Shown piece by piece: positions 35,917 to 45,097 of a stretch of 64,000 nucleotides of DNA. Position numbers and translations under genes: made by a program. The DNA comes from an uncultured Thermoplasmata archaeon. GTDB taxonomy: Archaea; Thermoplasmatota; Thermoplasmata; Lutacidiplasmatales; UBA184. Location of the stretch: positions 221,583 through 285,582 of the forward strand of contig CAWBEU010000008.1 in NCBI GenBank assembly GCA_963787975.1, read 5' to 3'. A model generated the notes under the pieces. The model was not told where the DNA came from, did no database searches, and saw only the letters and a program-made list of their open reading frames with translations. Within the stretch, counting starts at the first letter, position 1, and the number at the start of each line of letters is the position of its first letter.

Positions 35917-36999
35917 ATGCGTACCGCAGACGGAGGAGAGGCCCGGCGCATCCAGAAGACGGGAGGTTCCACCTTCATCGTCTCGCTGCCGAAGACGTGG
36001 GTCGTGAGTCGGGGCCTCGGTTCCGGCGATGTGTTGCTGTTCCATGGCGCCCCCGACGGGTCCTTGATGCTCAGGGCCGAAGGCGGGACACACGGGGAGA
36101 ACCCTCGGCGCGAGCTGCGGGTGTCGAACGAGATGAATCCGGAGCATCTGTTCCGGCTACTCGTGGCCGAGTACATCGCCGGGGCTCCGCTCCTCGAGAT
36201 CCGGACCGAAGGACGGATGAATGCCCGGACCCGCGAGGTCGTCCGCGGCTTTGCCCAGCGGATGATTGGGCCCGAGATCCTCGAAGAGACGGCCGATGGG
36301 GTCGTCCTGCAGGACGTCATCGGCCCGAACCCTCTGCCGATCGCCTCCGTGATCCGGCGAATGTACCAGATGGTCCGCGCCATGCAGAGCGACGCGATGG
36401 CCGCGTTCCACGCCCGGGATTCGTCGATCGCCCGCGACGTCATCGAGCGCGACTGGGAGGTCGACCGGCTGCACTGGTTCATCGGCAAGCAGATCACGTC
36501 CGCGTTGCGCGACGGCCGAGTCCTGAGCTCCATCGGACTCACGCTGCCCGAGTGCGCCACGTATCTTCTCGCGTCCCGCGTCCTTGAGCGGATCGCGGAC
36601 CACGCGGTCCGGATCGCCGAGACGGTTCCTCTCCTCGGAAAGGAACCGATTCCGTCGGCGGTCCTCGCGGAACTCGACCGGCTGGCCCTCGCCGCGGCCG
36701 AGGGCCTCACGGGCGCCATCGATAGCTTGGCCAACGAGGACATCGCCAAGGCCAACGAGGTGCTCGACGCGGCGGCCCGGGTGACCCGGGAGCGGGAAAC
36801 GATCCTGAAGGAGCTCACGAAGAAGCGCGGACGGCTCGCCGTCGGGCTTGCCTACGTGCTCGAGAGCCTCGAACGAAGCGCGTTCTACGCGAGCGACCTG
36901 GCGGAGATCGCGATCAATCACACGGTGCAGCGAGCGGCCCAGGCCGCGGCCGCCACCGCCGCCACGTCGACGCCGTCTCCTGTCAAGGTGCCGGCGTAG
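35917..36999 (+). CDS. AbrB/SpoVT-domain + PhoU-domain regulator (archaeal phosphate-uptake-regulator-like)
   Basis: N-terminus RIQKTGGSTFIVSLPKTWVVSRGLGSGDVLLF (SpoVT/AbrB swapped hairpin), followed by two PhoU-like helical repeats (VIERDWEVDRLHWFI..., LERIADHAVRIAE..., LERSAFYASDLAEIAIN). Confidence 0.8.
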   Translation: MRTADGGEARRIQKTGGSTFIVSLPKTWVVSRGLGSGDVLLFHGAPDGSLMLRAEGGTHGENPRRELRVSNEMNPEHLFRLLVAEYIAGAPLLEIRTEGRMNARTREVVRGFAQRMIGPEILEETADGVVLQDVIGPNPLPIASVIRRMYQMVRAMQSDAMAAFHARDSSIARDVIERDWEVDRLHWFIGKQITSALRDGRVLSSIGLTLPECATYLLASRVLERIADHAVRIAETVPLLGKEPIPSAVLAELDRLALAAAEGLTGAIDSLANEDIAKANEVLDAAARVTRERETILKELTKKRGRLAVGLAYVLESLERSAFYASDLAEIAINHTVQRAAQAAAATAATSTPSPVKVPA

Positions 37000-37064
37000 C
37001 ACGAATCTCTCGTGGGGCCCGTCGCCCCGCGACCTATAGTCCTCTATAGAGGAGCTTGCCGTCT

Positions 37065-38201
37065 CTATCCGGACGCCCGCGCGAGGAGGGTGGCCAGCTC
37101 TTCCGACGACGGGATCCGAGGATTCGCCCCGAACGATGTGGCGCTCTGCACGTAGGGGAGCCAGTCCGCGATCTGGTCTCGGAGCGCCCGGACGTCGACC
37201 CCGGCCGCCGCCAGCGTTGGCGGGACGCCGACCCGGGCGTTGAACTGGCGGAACCACTCCGCGAAGGGCGTCGCGTGCTGGACGGCCGCCGCTCCAAGGA
37301 TTCCGCCCAGTGATATGTACGCCTCACGCGCGGCGGGGAAATTGAACTCGAGAACCCACGGAAGCAGGATCGCGACAAGGCGCCCGTGGGAGAGACCGGT
37401 CCGCGGCCCGAGGGCGTGGACGATGGCATGGACCAATCCGCTCTGCGCGTTCGAGATGGCGAGTCCTGCCATCGTGGCGGCGGAATGGATCGTCCCTCGT
37501 AGTTCGAGGTCGTCAGGGTGGTCGAGCGACTCAGGAACCCGTCGCGTCAGCGTGGCCACCGCCTCCCGCGCGAGCCCGTCGGAAAAGGACGTGGCCCACG
37601 ACGAGGCGAGCGCCTCGAGGGCGTGGGCCAGCGCGTCCATCGCGCTGTCCACGGCCACGGCTGGGGGCATGGTGACCGGGAGCGTCGGGTCGAGCAAGGC
37701 CCAGTCTGGGATCAGTTCGCGCGAAGCGATCTCGACCGGTCGACCGTGCGCGTCCCAGAAGTGGGCCATCCAGGTCGCCTCGCTTCCGCTCCCGCTGGTC
37801 GTCGGCACGGCCACCAGTCGAGCCCGGTCGCGTAGCCGAAGTTCGGTCAGTGGCGTGAGCGAACTCACCTCGAGTTCCGGCCGCGCGTATCGCACCCAGA
37901 TTCCTTTCGCGGTGTCGATCGTGCTGCCGCCCCCCACCGCGACGATCCAATCGGGAGAGAATTCGGAGGCTGTGCGGGCCCCCGCCGCCAGGGAGTCGAG
38001 CGTCGGGCCGATGTGCACGGAGTGCGAGACCTCGATCTGGGCACCTTCTTTCAGCAATTCCTCTCGGATCCGTCGATCGCCGCCGAGTTTCGCGACGGCG
38101 GGATCGACGAGGACCAGCGCCCGGCGCGCGCCCAACGAGCTCAGTAGTTCGATGCTGCCCGGACCGAGGCAGATGCGCGGCGACGTGAAAAACCCCATCA
38201 T
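37065..38201 (-). CDS. Iron-containing alcohol dehydrogenase
   Basis: 378 aa. Motifs DWIVAVGGGSTIDTAKG, VAVPTTSGSGSE, DSAMDALAHALE, GLVHAIVHALG. Confidence 0.85.
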   Translation of the reverse strand: MMGFFTSPRICLGPGSIELLSSLGARRALVLVDPAVAKLGGDRRIREELLKEGAQIEVSHSVHIGPTLDSLAAGARTASEFSPDWIVAVGGGSTIDTAKGIWVRYARPELEVSSLTPLTELRLRDRARLVAVPTTSGSGSEATWMAHFWDAHGRPVEIASRELIPDWALLDPTLPVTMPPAVAVDSAMDALAHALEALASSWATSFSDGLAREAVATLTRRVPESLDHPDDLELRGTIHSAATMAGLAISNAQSGLVHAIVHALGPRTGLSHGRLVAILLPWVLEFNFPAAREAYISLGGILGAAAVQHATPFAEWFRQFNARVGVPPTLAAAGVDVRALRDQIADWLPYVQSATSFGANPRIPSSEELATLLARASG

Positions 38202-38268
38202 GGGGAGGGACCCGAGTGCACGACGTATCGTCCGACGCCGCCCCGCACAACGGAACGATCGCCGGGGG

Positions 38269-38619
38269 CTAGCGAGCTTTCTTGCGACATCCGGGGCACG
38301 TTCCGGTCAGGGAGAAGGTGACCCCATCGATCTCCCAACCGTCCGGACGCCGGCGGGAGGTCTCCATCAGGAGGTGGCGATCGAGCTCGGTGAGCTCCAG
38401 CTCGGCGATGCGGCCGCAGCGACGACAGATGAGGTGACCGTGGGGTGTCTCCGGCGGGGGAGAGGTGAGCGCGACCCCCTCCGGAACGCTGCCAGGGACG
38501 ACCGGGGCGGGCGCTCGGTGGCGATGAGGATGGGGAGCAGCAGCGGACTTCGAAGCCGGAGTGCTGGTGCGGCCGTCGCGGGACGGGTGGGAGCTTTTCG
38601 ACGCCATCGGAGAACTCAA
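38269..38619 (-). CDS. Fur-family C-terminal (metal-binding/dimerisation) domain protein lacking the wHTH
   Basis: 116 aa. A low-complexity N-terminus is followed by HGHLICRRCGRIAELE...GVTFSLTGTCPGCRKK (CxxC...CxxC Fur-like). There is no room upstream for a DNA-binding domain. Confidence 0.5.
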   Translation of the reverse strand: MSSPMASKSSHPSRDGRTSTPASKSAAAPHPHRHRAPAPVVPGSVPEGVALTSPPPETPHGHLICRRCGRIAELELTELDRHLLMETSRRRPDGWEIDGVTFSLTGTCPGCRKKAR

Positions 38620-38734
38620 CGGCGCCGACGCCCTCCGATTATTTACGGAGTGGCCGACCGTCGGGGGCCGGCGCTAAGGGGGTTTCCCGGGGGCCACCCA
38701 CGGTCTAAATCCTCGGCCTTCCTCCGTGATCCTA

Positions 38735-39100
38735 ATGCCGAAGACGGTCCCGGACTCCCAGCCCTCGCGTCTTACCATCGTACTCGCGGACTGGTGTCCG
38801 CATTGCGTCCCACTGTCGGAAGACAAGGTCCGCGAGTTGGGAGAGCGCCTCGGTGTTCCGGTGCGTCGGCTAGACATCGAGGACACGGCGCAGGAACGAG
38901 AGGCGGATGCATTGGTCGAGGCCCACGGGGACTGGTCGCCGGATTACCTGATCCCCCAGGTATTCCTTCAATGGACGGACGGGCGCGTCGATCACATTCT
39001 GACCGGCTTCCCGGAGGGCGTCTCCCGGACCCGTCGGGCGTGGGACGAGCTGTTCCAGAGCGAATGGGTACGACATCTCGCGTCGGCTCGAGAAGCATGA
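38735..39100 (+). CDS. Thioredoxin-fold protein with WCPHC active site
   Basis: ATG 38735 lies ~25 nt after a TCTAAAT box; the listed ORF begins at GTG 38726. Sequence reads LTIVLADWCPHCVPL. Confidence 0.6.
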   Translation: MPKTVPDSQPSRLTIVLADWCPHCVPLSEDKVRELGERLGVPVRRLDIEDTAQEREADALVEAHGDWSPDYLIPQVFLQWTDGRVDHILTGFPEGVSRTRRAWDELFQSEWVRHLASAREA

Positions 39101-39591
39101 GCCCCTCCCCGACAGGTCCGGAGCAGTTCGTCCTCGTACCGTCCGGCAGTTGTCTCTACCACTGCTCGGGTCGGACCCGACCTCACGCGATCGCGAACGC
39201 GCGGGGACCCATCGGTTGGGTCTACACCTGCCCCGGAGGAACCGTGTCGGCCGTGGCGTTCCTCGGCGGAACTCGCCGTCCTTCGCCCGCCCGGGTTCGC
39301 CGGTACCTTCAGTCGCGCACGGACCGGTCCGAACACGTCCGCCCGCGGGACCTGAGGGCGGCCACTCGCCACGGTCCGGAACTAGGACCGGCCGCGGAAC
39401 GGTGGGTAGCGGGACCCGGGGGTCGCCAGCCGATCTACCTGCTCTACTGGCGACGGTACCCCCGCAAGGTGGGGCGCAGTTACTCCTACCTGTACGCGTG
39501 CTTCCGGCACGGCGCCGGAGAGGTCAGATTCTACCCCGCTCCCGGCTCTCGCAAAGCCCGCCAGTGCCCGTTCTGTGTTGCCAAGATTTAA
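39097..39591 (+). CDS. Hypothetical Cys-containing protein (164 aa), ATGA-coupled to the thioredoxin-like gene
   Basis: ATG 39097 is in frame with the tail of listed ORF 37240..39591. Contains SCLYHC, YTCPGG and a C-terminal QCPFC. Confidence 0.45.
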   Translation: MSPSPTGPEQFVLVPSGSCLYHCSGRTRPHAIANARGPIGWVYTCPGGTVSAVAFLGGTRRPSPARVRRYLQSRTDRSEHVRPRDLRAATRHGPELGPAAERWVAGPGGRQPIYLLYWRRYPRKVGRSYSYLYACFRHGAGEVRFYPAPGSRKARQCPFCVAKI

Positions 39592-39748
39592 CCGAATAAA
39601 CCCGGTTCCCTCTCAAAGGCCCCACGAGGACGGGGCGTGCCCGTCCACTCTCAGCGATGACGCCCGCGTCCCGGTCGGTCCCCGATGGCCCCGGCGAGTC
39701 GAGCGGACCCTCTCGTTGAACAGGCAGGAACCGGCGCCCGCGCGATCC

Positions 39749-41866
39749 TCAGGGAACGGTTCCGTCGGGAACCAACGGCAGTGAACGCAGACGCTGCCCC
39801 GTCGCGTTGTAGATGGCGTTCGCGATGGCCGGGGCGACGGCGATGAGCGGGGTCTCCCCCGCTCCCTGCGACGGAAGGTCCCGCCGGTCCAGCAAGACCA
39901 CGTCGATCGGGGGCGCGTCGTGGAATCGGGGGACCGGGTACTCCGAGAGCCTCGGATTGAGAATGCGGCCGTTCTCGAAGTGGATGGCTTCGAAGAGCGC
40001 GCCCCCGAGGGCCATGACCGTAGCTCCGGCGACCTGGCTCCGGAGGTTAGCCGGATGAACGATGGCGCCGCACTCGAGTCCGGTTACGATGCGAACGATA
40101 TTCAGACGTCGGTCCGCGCCCACCTGAACCTCGGCGAAGGTAGCGACCCGGCCGCCTTTCTCTAGTCCCACCGCAATTCCTTGGCCGCGCCCTTCGGAGC
40201 GGCGCGCGATGGGGCCCGGGCGAGGGACCCACCCGGCCCGTTCGGCGACGGCCTGCAGCACCGCGACGAGTCGGTCGTCTGCCAGGTGACGCAGCCGATA
40301 CTCTACCGGGTCCGCCTCGACTCGGGCGGCGAGCTCGTCCATGTGCGATTCCCGAGCGAAATTATTCGCCGTCGCCGCCAGGGCCCGGTAGGGGCCCTGA
40401 GCCAGCGGCGAGTCGGTAGGTTGGTTGTCGATTTTCTGATTCGCCACCCGGTAAGGGATGCGAGCGGCCGCGGAACCGCCGTTGAGATTGTGAAACTCCC
40501 AGGCCGTGAGTCCTCCGTCCTTCTCCGTTCCCGATCGAATGTCGATGACCGACATGGGCCGGAGGTAGGCTTGGGTGAACTCTTCCTCGCGGGAGTACAC
40601 GATGCGGACCGGGCGGCCGGCGGCCTTGGCGAGGCGGGCGGCTCCCACGGCGAGCTCCCCCGCATGCTTACCCCCGAAACCGGAACCCGTGGGTGGGACG
40701 ATGACGTGCACGTTGGATTCGTGCATGCCCAACGAATCCGACAGCGTATCCCGGGCGCGAAACGGGGTCTGGCTTCCCATCGCGACCGTGAGCCGATCCC
40801 CCTCCCACGTCGCCAGGACAGCGTGGGTCTCCAACGGGACGTGGGCGATGTACGCGGTCGTGTACGTAGCGTGGAGCGAGATTGGAGCGGAGCCTAACGC
40901 CGCCGCGACGTCTCCGGCCTCGTGGTGGAGCACATCCCAGAAGTCTTCCCCTTCGGCGGGGTGTTGGCGGAGATAATCGACGATCTCTTTCTCGGAGGGT
41001 TGAGGGGTGGTTTCCCAGTCGGCTCGGATTGCCTTCACTGCGGCTTGGGCCGTGGGGAGGTCCGGGGCGGCGACACCGACGAAATCCCCCTCGTGCACCG
41101 CCGTGACCCCGGGCAGGGCCTGGGCGCGAGAGAGGTCCACGCGGAGGAGCTTCGACCCGTAGGAAGGGGCGAAGAGCATCTTTCCGTACAGCATGCCCGG
41201 GGGATGGAGATCCGAGGTGTACTGGCGTGCGCCCGTGACCACCTCTCGAGAGCCGATGTCCGCCACCGGATGGCCCGCGAGTGACCAGTCCGAGGGAGCG
41301 ATCGGTTGGGTGGAAGGAGGTACCATCTCCAAGCGGCGGAGGCTCTTCACAAGGTCGCCGTACCCGATCGAGTTCGCCCCTTGCGCCCCCTTTGCCCGCG
41401 CCTGTCCGTCTGATAGCTCCACGTCCCCGGGCGCGATGCCGAGCTTGGCGGCGGAGATCTCGACAAGGACTGCTCTCACGGCCGCCCCCGTGATACGGAG
41501 GTGCTGCGCCGCATCGGGCATGGAGCGGCTGCCGAACGTTCCCATATCCCAGGGGCACACGTCGGTGTCTCCCATGGTGAGCTCGACCGAAGAGAGCGGC
41601 AGGCGGAGCTCCTCCGCAACGAGGAGAGTTAGGGCGGTTCGAGTCCCTTGCCCGACCTCCACCTTGCCGGTGAACGCGCGGGCCCTTCCATCCTGCCCCA
41701 AATGGATCCACGCGCCCCCGTGGGGGGGACCGCCCCGGCCCCATTCCGAAGGACCGGGTCGTTGGGCCGGGAGAACCACCACGAGGCCGTTGCCGAACCG
41801 CCCGAAGTAATCACGCTCGCTCGGCGGAAGAAGGTCGAAGGGGCGGACGCCCTCCAGCGTGCTCAT
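39749..41866 (-). CDS. Molybdopterin-dependent hydroxylase large subunit (xanthine dehydrogenase/aldehyde oxidase family, IorB-like)
   Basis: 705 aa. Motifs KVEVGQGTRTALTLLVAEEL, MGDTDVCPWDMGTFGSRS, GSGFGGK, GLECGAIVHP, GAGETP. Confidence 0.85.
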   Translation of the reverse strand: MSTLEGVRPFDLLPPSERDYFGRFGNGLVVVLPAQRPGPSEWGRGGPPHGGAWIHLGQDGRARAFTGKVEVGQGTRTALTLLVAEELRLPLSSVELTMGDTDVCPWDMGTFGSRSMPDAAQHLRITGAAVRAVLVEISAAKLGIAPGDVELSDGQARAKGAQGANSIGYGDLVKSLRRLEMVPPSTQPIAPSDWSLAGHPVADIGSREVVTGARQYTSDLHPPGMLYGKMLFAPSYGSKLLRVDLSRAQALPGVTAVHEGDFVGVAAPDLPTAQAAVKAIRADWETTPQPSEKEIVDYLRQHPAEGEDFWDVLHHEAGDVAAALGSAPISLHATYTTAYIAHVPLETHAVLATWEGDRLTVAMGSQTPFRARDTLSDSLGMHESNVHVIVPPTGSGFGGKHAGELAVGAARLAKAAGRPVRIVYSREEEFTQAYLRPMSVIDIRSGTEKDGGLTAWEFHNLNGGSAAARIPYRVANQKIDNQPTDSPLAQGPYRALAATANNFARESHMDELAARVEADPVEYRLRHLADDRLVAVLQAVAERAGWVPRPGPIARRSEGRGQGIAVGLEKGGRVATFAEVQVGADRRLNIVRIVTGLECGAIVHPANLRSQVAGATVMALGGALFEAIHFENGRILNPRLSEYPVPRFHDAPPIDVVLLDRRDLPSQGAGETPLIAVAPAIANAIYNATGQRLRSLPLVPDGTVP

Positions 41867-42414
41867 GGCGTTCCCCCATCCGTTCCACCGGGGACCTGGG
41901 CAGCTTGCTGAATCGCTTCGACAATCCGCAGGTAGCCCCCGCAGCGGCAGATGTTACCGTCCATGGCGGCTCGAATCTCCCCGTCATTGGGATGGGGATT
42001 CCGGGCCAGCAGAGAGACGGTGGCCAGGATCATACCCGGGGTGCAGAACCCGCATTGGAAGGCGCCCGCGTCGATGAACGCCTGCTGGACAGGGTGCAGG
42101 CGGCCTCCCTCGGCGAGTCCCTCGATCGTCGTGATCGATCGACCGACCGCCTCTCCCACGGGCGTAACACAGGAGCGAACGGCGACCCCGTCCACGAGAA
42201 CCTTGCACGCGCCGCACTCGCCCTCCCCGCAGCCGTACTTCGTGCCGGTGAGCCCTAGCTCATCCCGAAGAACATGCAGCAGGCTTCTATCCCGGTCGAG
42301 CGAGATTGGATGATCGATTCCGTTCACCCTAAGCCGGGCGACCGTTCGAGGGGACGTGGTGGATTCTGTGGAGGACATGGAAGATACCGGCCTCGACTCG
42401 CGGAGGGTCCCCAC
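41863..42414 (-). CDS. [2Fe-2S]-binding small subunit of Mo-hydroxylase (CoxS/IorA-like)
   Basis: Motifs GCGEGECGACKVLVDG, FQCGFCTPGMI, NICRCGGY. ATGA overlap with the large subunit. No FAD-subunit gene is adjacent. Confidence 0.9.
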   Translation of the reverse strand: MGTLRESRPVSSMSSTESTTSPRTVARLRVNGIDHPISLDRDRSLLHVLRDELGLTGTKYGCGEGECGACKVLVDGVAVRSCVTPVGEAVGRSITTIEGLAEGGRLHPVQQAFIDAGAFQCGFCTPGMILATVSLLARNPHPNDGEIRAAMDGNICRCGGYLRIVEAIQQAAQVPGGTDGGTP

Positions 42415-42484
42415 ACGGCGCCGGCCGCGTTTATGGCTATCTCGGTCTTGGGAGATTCATCAGGAAGGGGAGGGACCGGAAGAA

Positions 42485-43477
42485 GTGCGAGCGATGGTGC
42501 TTGAGGCGGTGGGGTCCCCTCTCAAGGAAGATGAGCGTCGGGAGCTGCCTAAATTGGACCCCCACGACGTCTTGATCCGGGTCGCAGCATGCGGCGTGTG
42601 CCGAACCGACCTCCACATCGTGGACGGTGAACTCAGGCATCCGAAGCTCCCGTTGATTCCGGGCCACGAAATCGTAGGAACGGTTGCCGCCGTGGGGTCG
42701 GACGTCGCCCGAGCGCGCGAGGGGGACCGGGTAGGTGTCCCGTGGCTAGGCTGGACGTGCGGCGAGTGCACCTTCTGCCGGTCGGACCGCGAGAATCTCT
42801 GCGACCGCGCGAAGTTCACAGGGTACGACATCGACGGCGGGTACACGGAGTTCACCGCCGCGGACGAGCGGTTCACATTTCCGATCCCGACTGGTTATGG
42901 GGACGCGGAGGCCGCCCCGCTCCTGTGTGCGGGACTGATCGGATTCCGCGCGCTACGAATGGCGGGAGACGTCGAGCGGGTCGGGTTCTACGGTTTCGGC
43001 GCCTCCGCTCACATTGCGGTTCAAGTGGCCCGATTCCGGGGGCAGAAGGTCTACGCCTTCACGCGGCCGTCGGACACCCAGGGTCAGAAATTCGCACGAG
43101 GTCTGGGGGCGGTTTGGGCGGGTGGCTCCGACGAACCTCCACCGGAACCCCTCGATGCGGCCCTGATCTTTGCCCCAGTCGGCGCGCTCGTTCCGATGGC
43201 CCTGGCTGCGGTGGTGAAGGGCGGCTCGGTGGTATGTGCCGGCATCCACATGAGCGACCTCCCGAGCTTTCCCTACGAGATTCTGTGGGGCGAACGCGTC
43301 CTTCGGTCCGTGGCTAACCTGACGAGAAAGGACGGGGAGGAATTCTTCGCGATCGCCGAGAAGGCCCGGGTGCGGACCGTAATCACGCGTTTTCCGCTCG
43401 GGAAGGCCAACGAGGCACTGGACCAGTTTCGGGCGGGCCGGCTCGAGGGTGCGGCTGTGCTCGTACCGACCGGATAG
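42485..43477 (+). CDS. Zinc-dependent alcohol dehydrogenase (MDR family)
   Basis: GTG 42485 (V/M-RAMVLEAVG) lies 12 nt after GGAGGG; ATG 42494 is an alternative. Motifs ACGVCRTDLHIVDG, GHEIVGTV, CGECTFCRSDRENLC, GFYGFGASAH. Confidence 0.85.
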   Translation: MRAMVLEAVGSPLKEDERRELPKLDPHDVLIRVAACGVCRTDLHIVDGELRHPKLPLIPGHEIVGTVAAVGSDVARAREGDRVGVPWLGWTCGECTFCRSDRENLCDRAKFTGYDIDGGYTEFTAADERFTFPIPTGYGDAEAAPLLCAGLIGFRALRMAGDVERVGFYGFGASAHIAVQVARFRGQKVYAFTRPSDTQGQKFARGLGAVWAGGSDEPPPEPLDAALIFAPVGALVPMALAAVVKGGSVVCAGIHMSDLPSFPYEILWGERVLRSVANLTRKDGEEFFAIAEKARVRTVITRFPLGKANEALDQFRAGRLEGAAVLVPTG

Positions 43478-43551
43478 GCGCGGAGTGGGCGACCCCGTGG
43501 GATGGAGGGGTAGCGCTTGTTCGATTCCCCTCGATCCCGAGATCGGAGAGG

Positions 43552-43920
43552 TCAGTGATCCTTCGGCTTCCAGTGTTCCTCGTAGACTTCCTGGTGGTTC
43601 GGGGATTGTTGGAAGTCCCAGCGGGTCCGGAAGTGGAGCGAATGGGTCGGGTCCAGGGCGAGAAGATCGGCGGCTAGCTGACGGTGCAGGGTTTCCGGTG
43701 TGGTCCCCTCGATGAACGGGACCACCGCTCGCCATTCGGCCGGGTGCTCGAGGCTCGCATGGCCCGGCACGTTGACGTCCCACTCGACCGGCCACCGGCG
43801 GGAGAGAACGGCGCCAATTTTCTCCGAGAGCGCCGCGGGAAGCACTCCGTCGGAATAGACCTCTACGCGCAATTCGAGGGGAGAATCAGACCACACAGGA
43901 GGCGGATGCCTCGGACGCAT
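43552..43920 (-). CDS. Hypothetical protein (122 aa)
   Basis: Internal ATG 43920 (MRPRHPPPVWSDSPLELRVEVYSDG). Composition is protein-like. No motif recognised. Confidence 0.4.
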   Translation of the reverse strand: MRPRHPPPVWSDSPLELRVEVYSDGVLPAALSEKIGAVLSRRWPVEWDVNVPGHASLEHPAEWRAVVPFIEGTTPETLHRQLAADLLALDPTHSLHFRTRWDFQQSPNHQEVYEEHWKPKDH

Positions 43921-44245
43921 GATAAAGACGCGCCGGGATTCCGAATGGTCGAGGTGCGTACGCCCATCCCCGGGGAGGGTGCGGGGAGAGGACACGGCTG
44001 AATTGTTCAAACCTCCCGTATGACGGCCATGGGGGGGACCGGACCCTCCCCTGCGGGAGATCCCCCCATTACACAACCCCGTCGTTAGAAATCGTTCGAA
44101 GGATCAACGGTTTGCCCTCTCGTCAGAAAACGAGCCCGTTACGAACAGCGAGCGAGCGGTAGCGGGGCGAATCGAGGGAGTAGCCGGCCGACATTACGGC
44201 CCCTTAATATCTCGAAACATTCACCCTCGAGCGGAGCGGTCGCCC

Positions 44246-44857
44246 ATGAGGAAAGTGCTGATTCTGATGTTCATGACCCTTGACGGTGTCGCCGAGTATC
44301 CCGACTACGTCGAGGACGCCGATTCGAACTCTGCTGGCGAGGGACCACCGATGTGGGACTCCCTAATGGATTCAATAGATACCCTGCTCCTGGGTCGTCG
44401 AACCTACGAAAAGTGGGCGGGGTTCTGGCCTGGAAAGAAGAGCGACTCGTCCGCGACGGCGTGGATGAAGAAGTTCTCCCGCTTCGCCGACGAGGCGGAG
44501 AAGGTCGTTTTTTCGAAAACGCTGAAGTCGGCGGATTGGCCAAACTCAAGAATTGTGCGGGGCGACATCGCACAGGAGGTCGCCCGCCTCAAGGCCCAGC
44601 CAGGAAAGGACATGACCGTGGGCGGGCCCCGACTTGCTCAGTCGTTCCTCGCCGCGGATCTGGCGGATGAGCTCCTCCTCGATATTTTCCCCAGCATCGT
44701 GGGTCGGGGGAAGCCACTCTTCCGGGTCGTCGGTGACCCCGATCACGACGAAGACCTCGTCCCACTTGGGGCCCCGGGCCGGCACGACTTCAAGCTGCTC
44801 GAGTGTAAGCCACTCAAGGACGGAACGGCGTTCCTCCACTACCGGCGGAGCAAGTAG
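44246..44857 (+). CDS. RibD C-terminal domain / dihydrofolate-reductase-like family protein
   Basis: Motifs MRKVLILMFMTLDGV, LLLGRRTYEKWAGFWP, KVVFSKTL, DMTVGGPRLAQSFLAADLADELLLDIFPSIVGRGKPLF. Confidence 0.8.
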   Translation: MRKVLILMFMTLDGVAEYPDYVEDADSNSAGEGPPMWDSLMDSIDTLLLGRRTYEKWAGFWPGKKSDSSATAWMKKFSRFADEAEKVVFSKTLKSADWPNSRIVRGDIAQEVARLKAQPGKDMTVGGPRLAQSFLAADLADELLLDIFPSIVGRGKPLFRVVGDPDHDEDLVPLGAPGRHDFKLLECKPLKDGTAFLHYRRSK

Positions 44858-45097
44858 ATCGGAAAGGGCCGCCGATCCAATTACCGGTTTCGCGAGAAAC
44901 GCTGCTGGCGGGGTGCAACCCGGGTTGCATCTTGGGCGACGCGGGCGCCGCGGAGGGGCTCTTGATTCCTCAAGACTCGAGACCCGGGGCTTTGTCGACT
45001 GTCCCCTCCGAGGATGGGTGGGCAACCTTTGCCAAGGGACCCGATGTGGAGCCCACCGGCACGGGACCGCTCCAAGGTCCGGCAGCCTCAGCTTCCG

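Noticed and set aside
37240-39096. 783-aa plus-strand ORF 37240..39591, spanning the antisense of the Fe-ADH and Fur-like genes.
   Set aside because: It is antisense to a strongly supported alcohol dehydrogenase, and its composition is S/R/A-rich noise. Only its last 164 codons (from ATG 39097) are kept as a gene.
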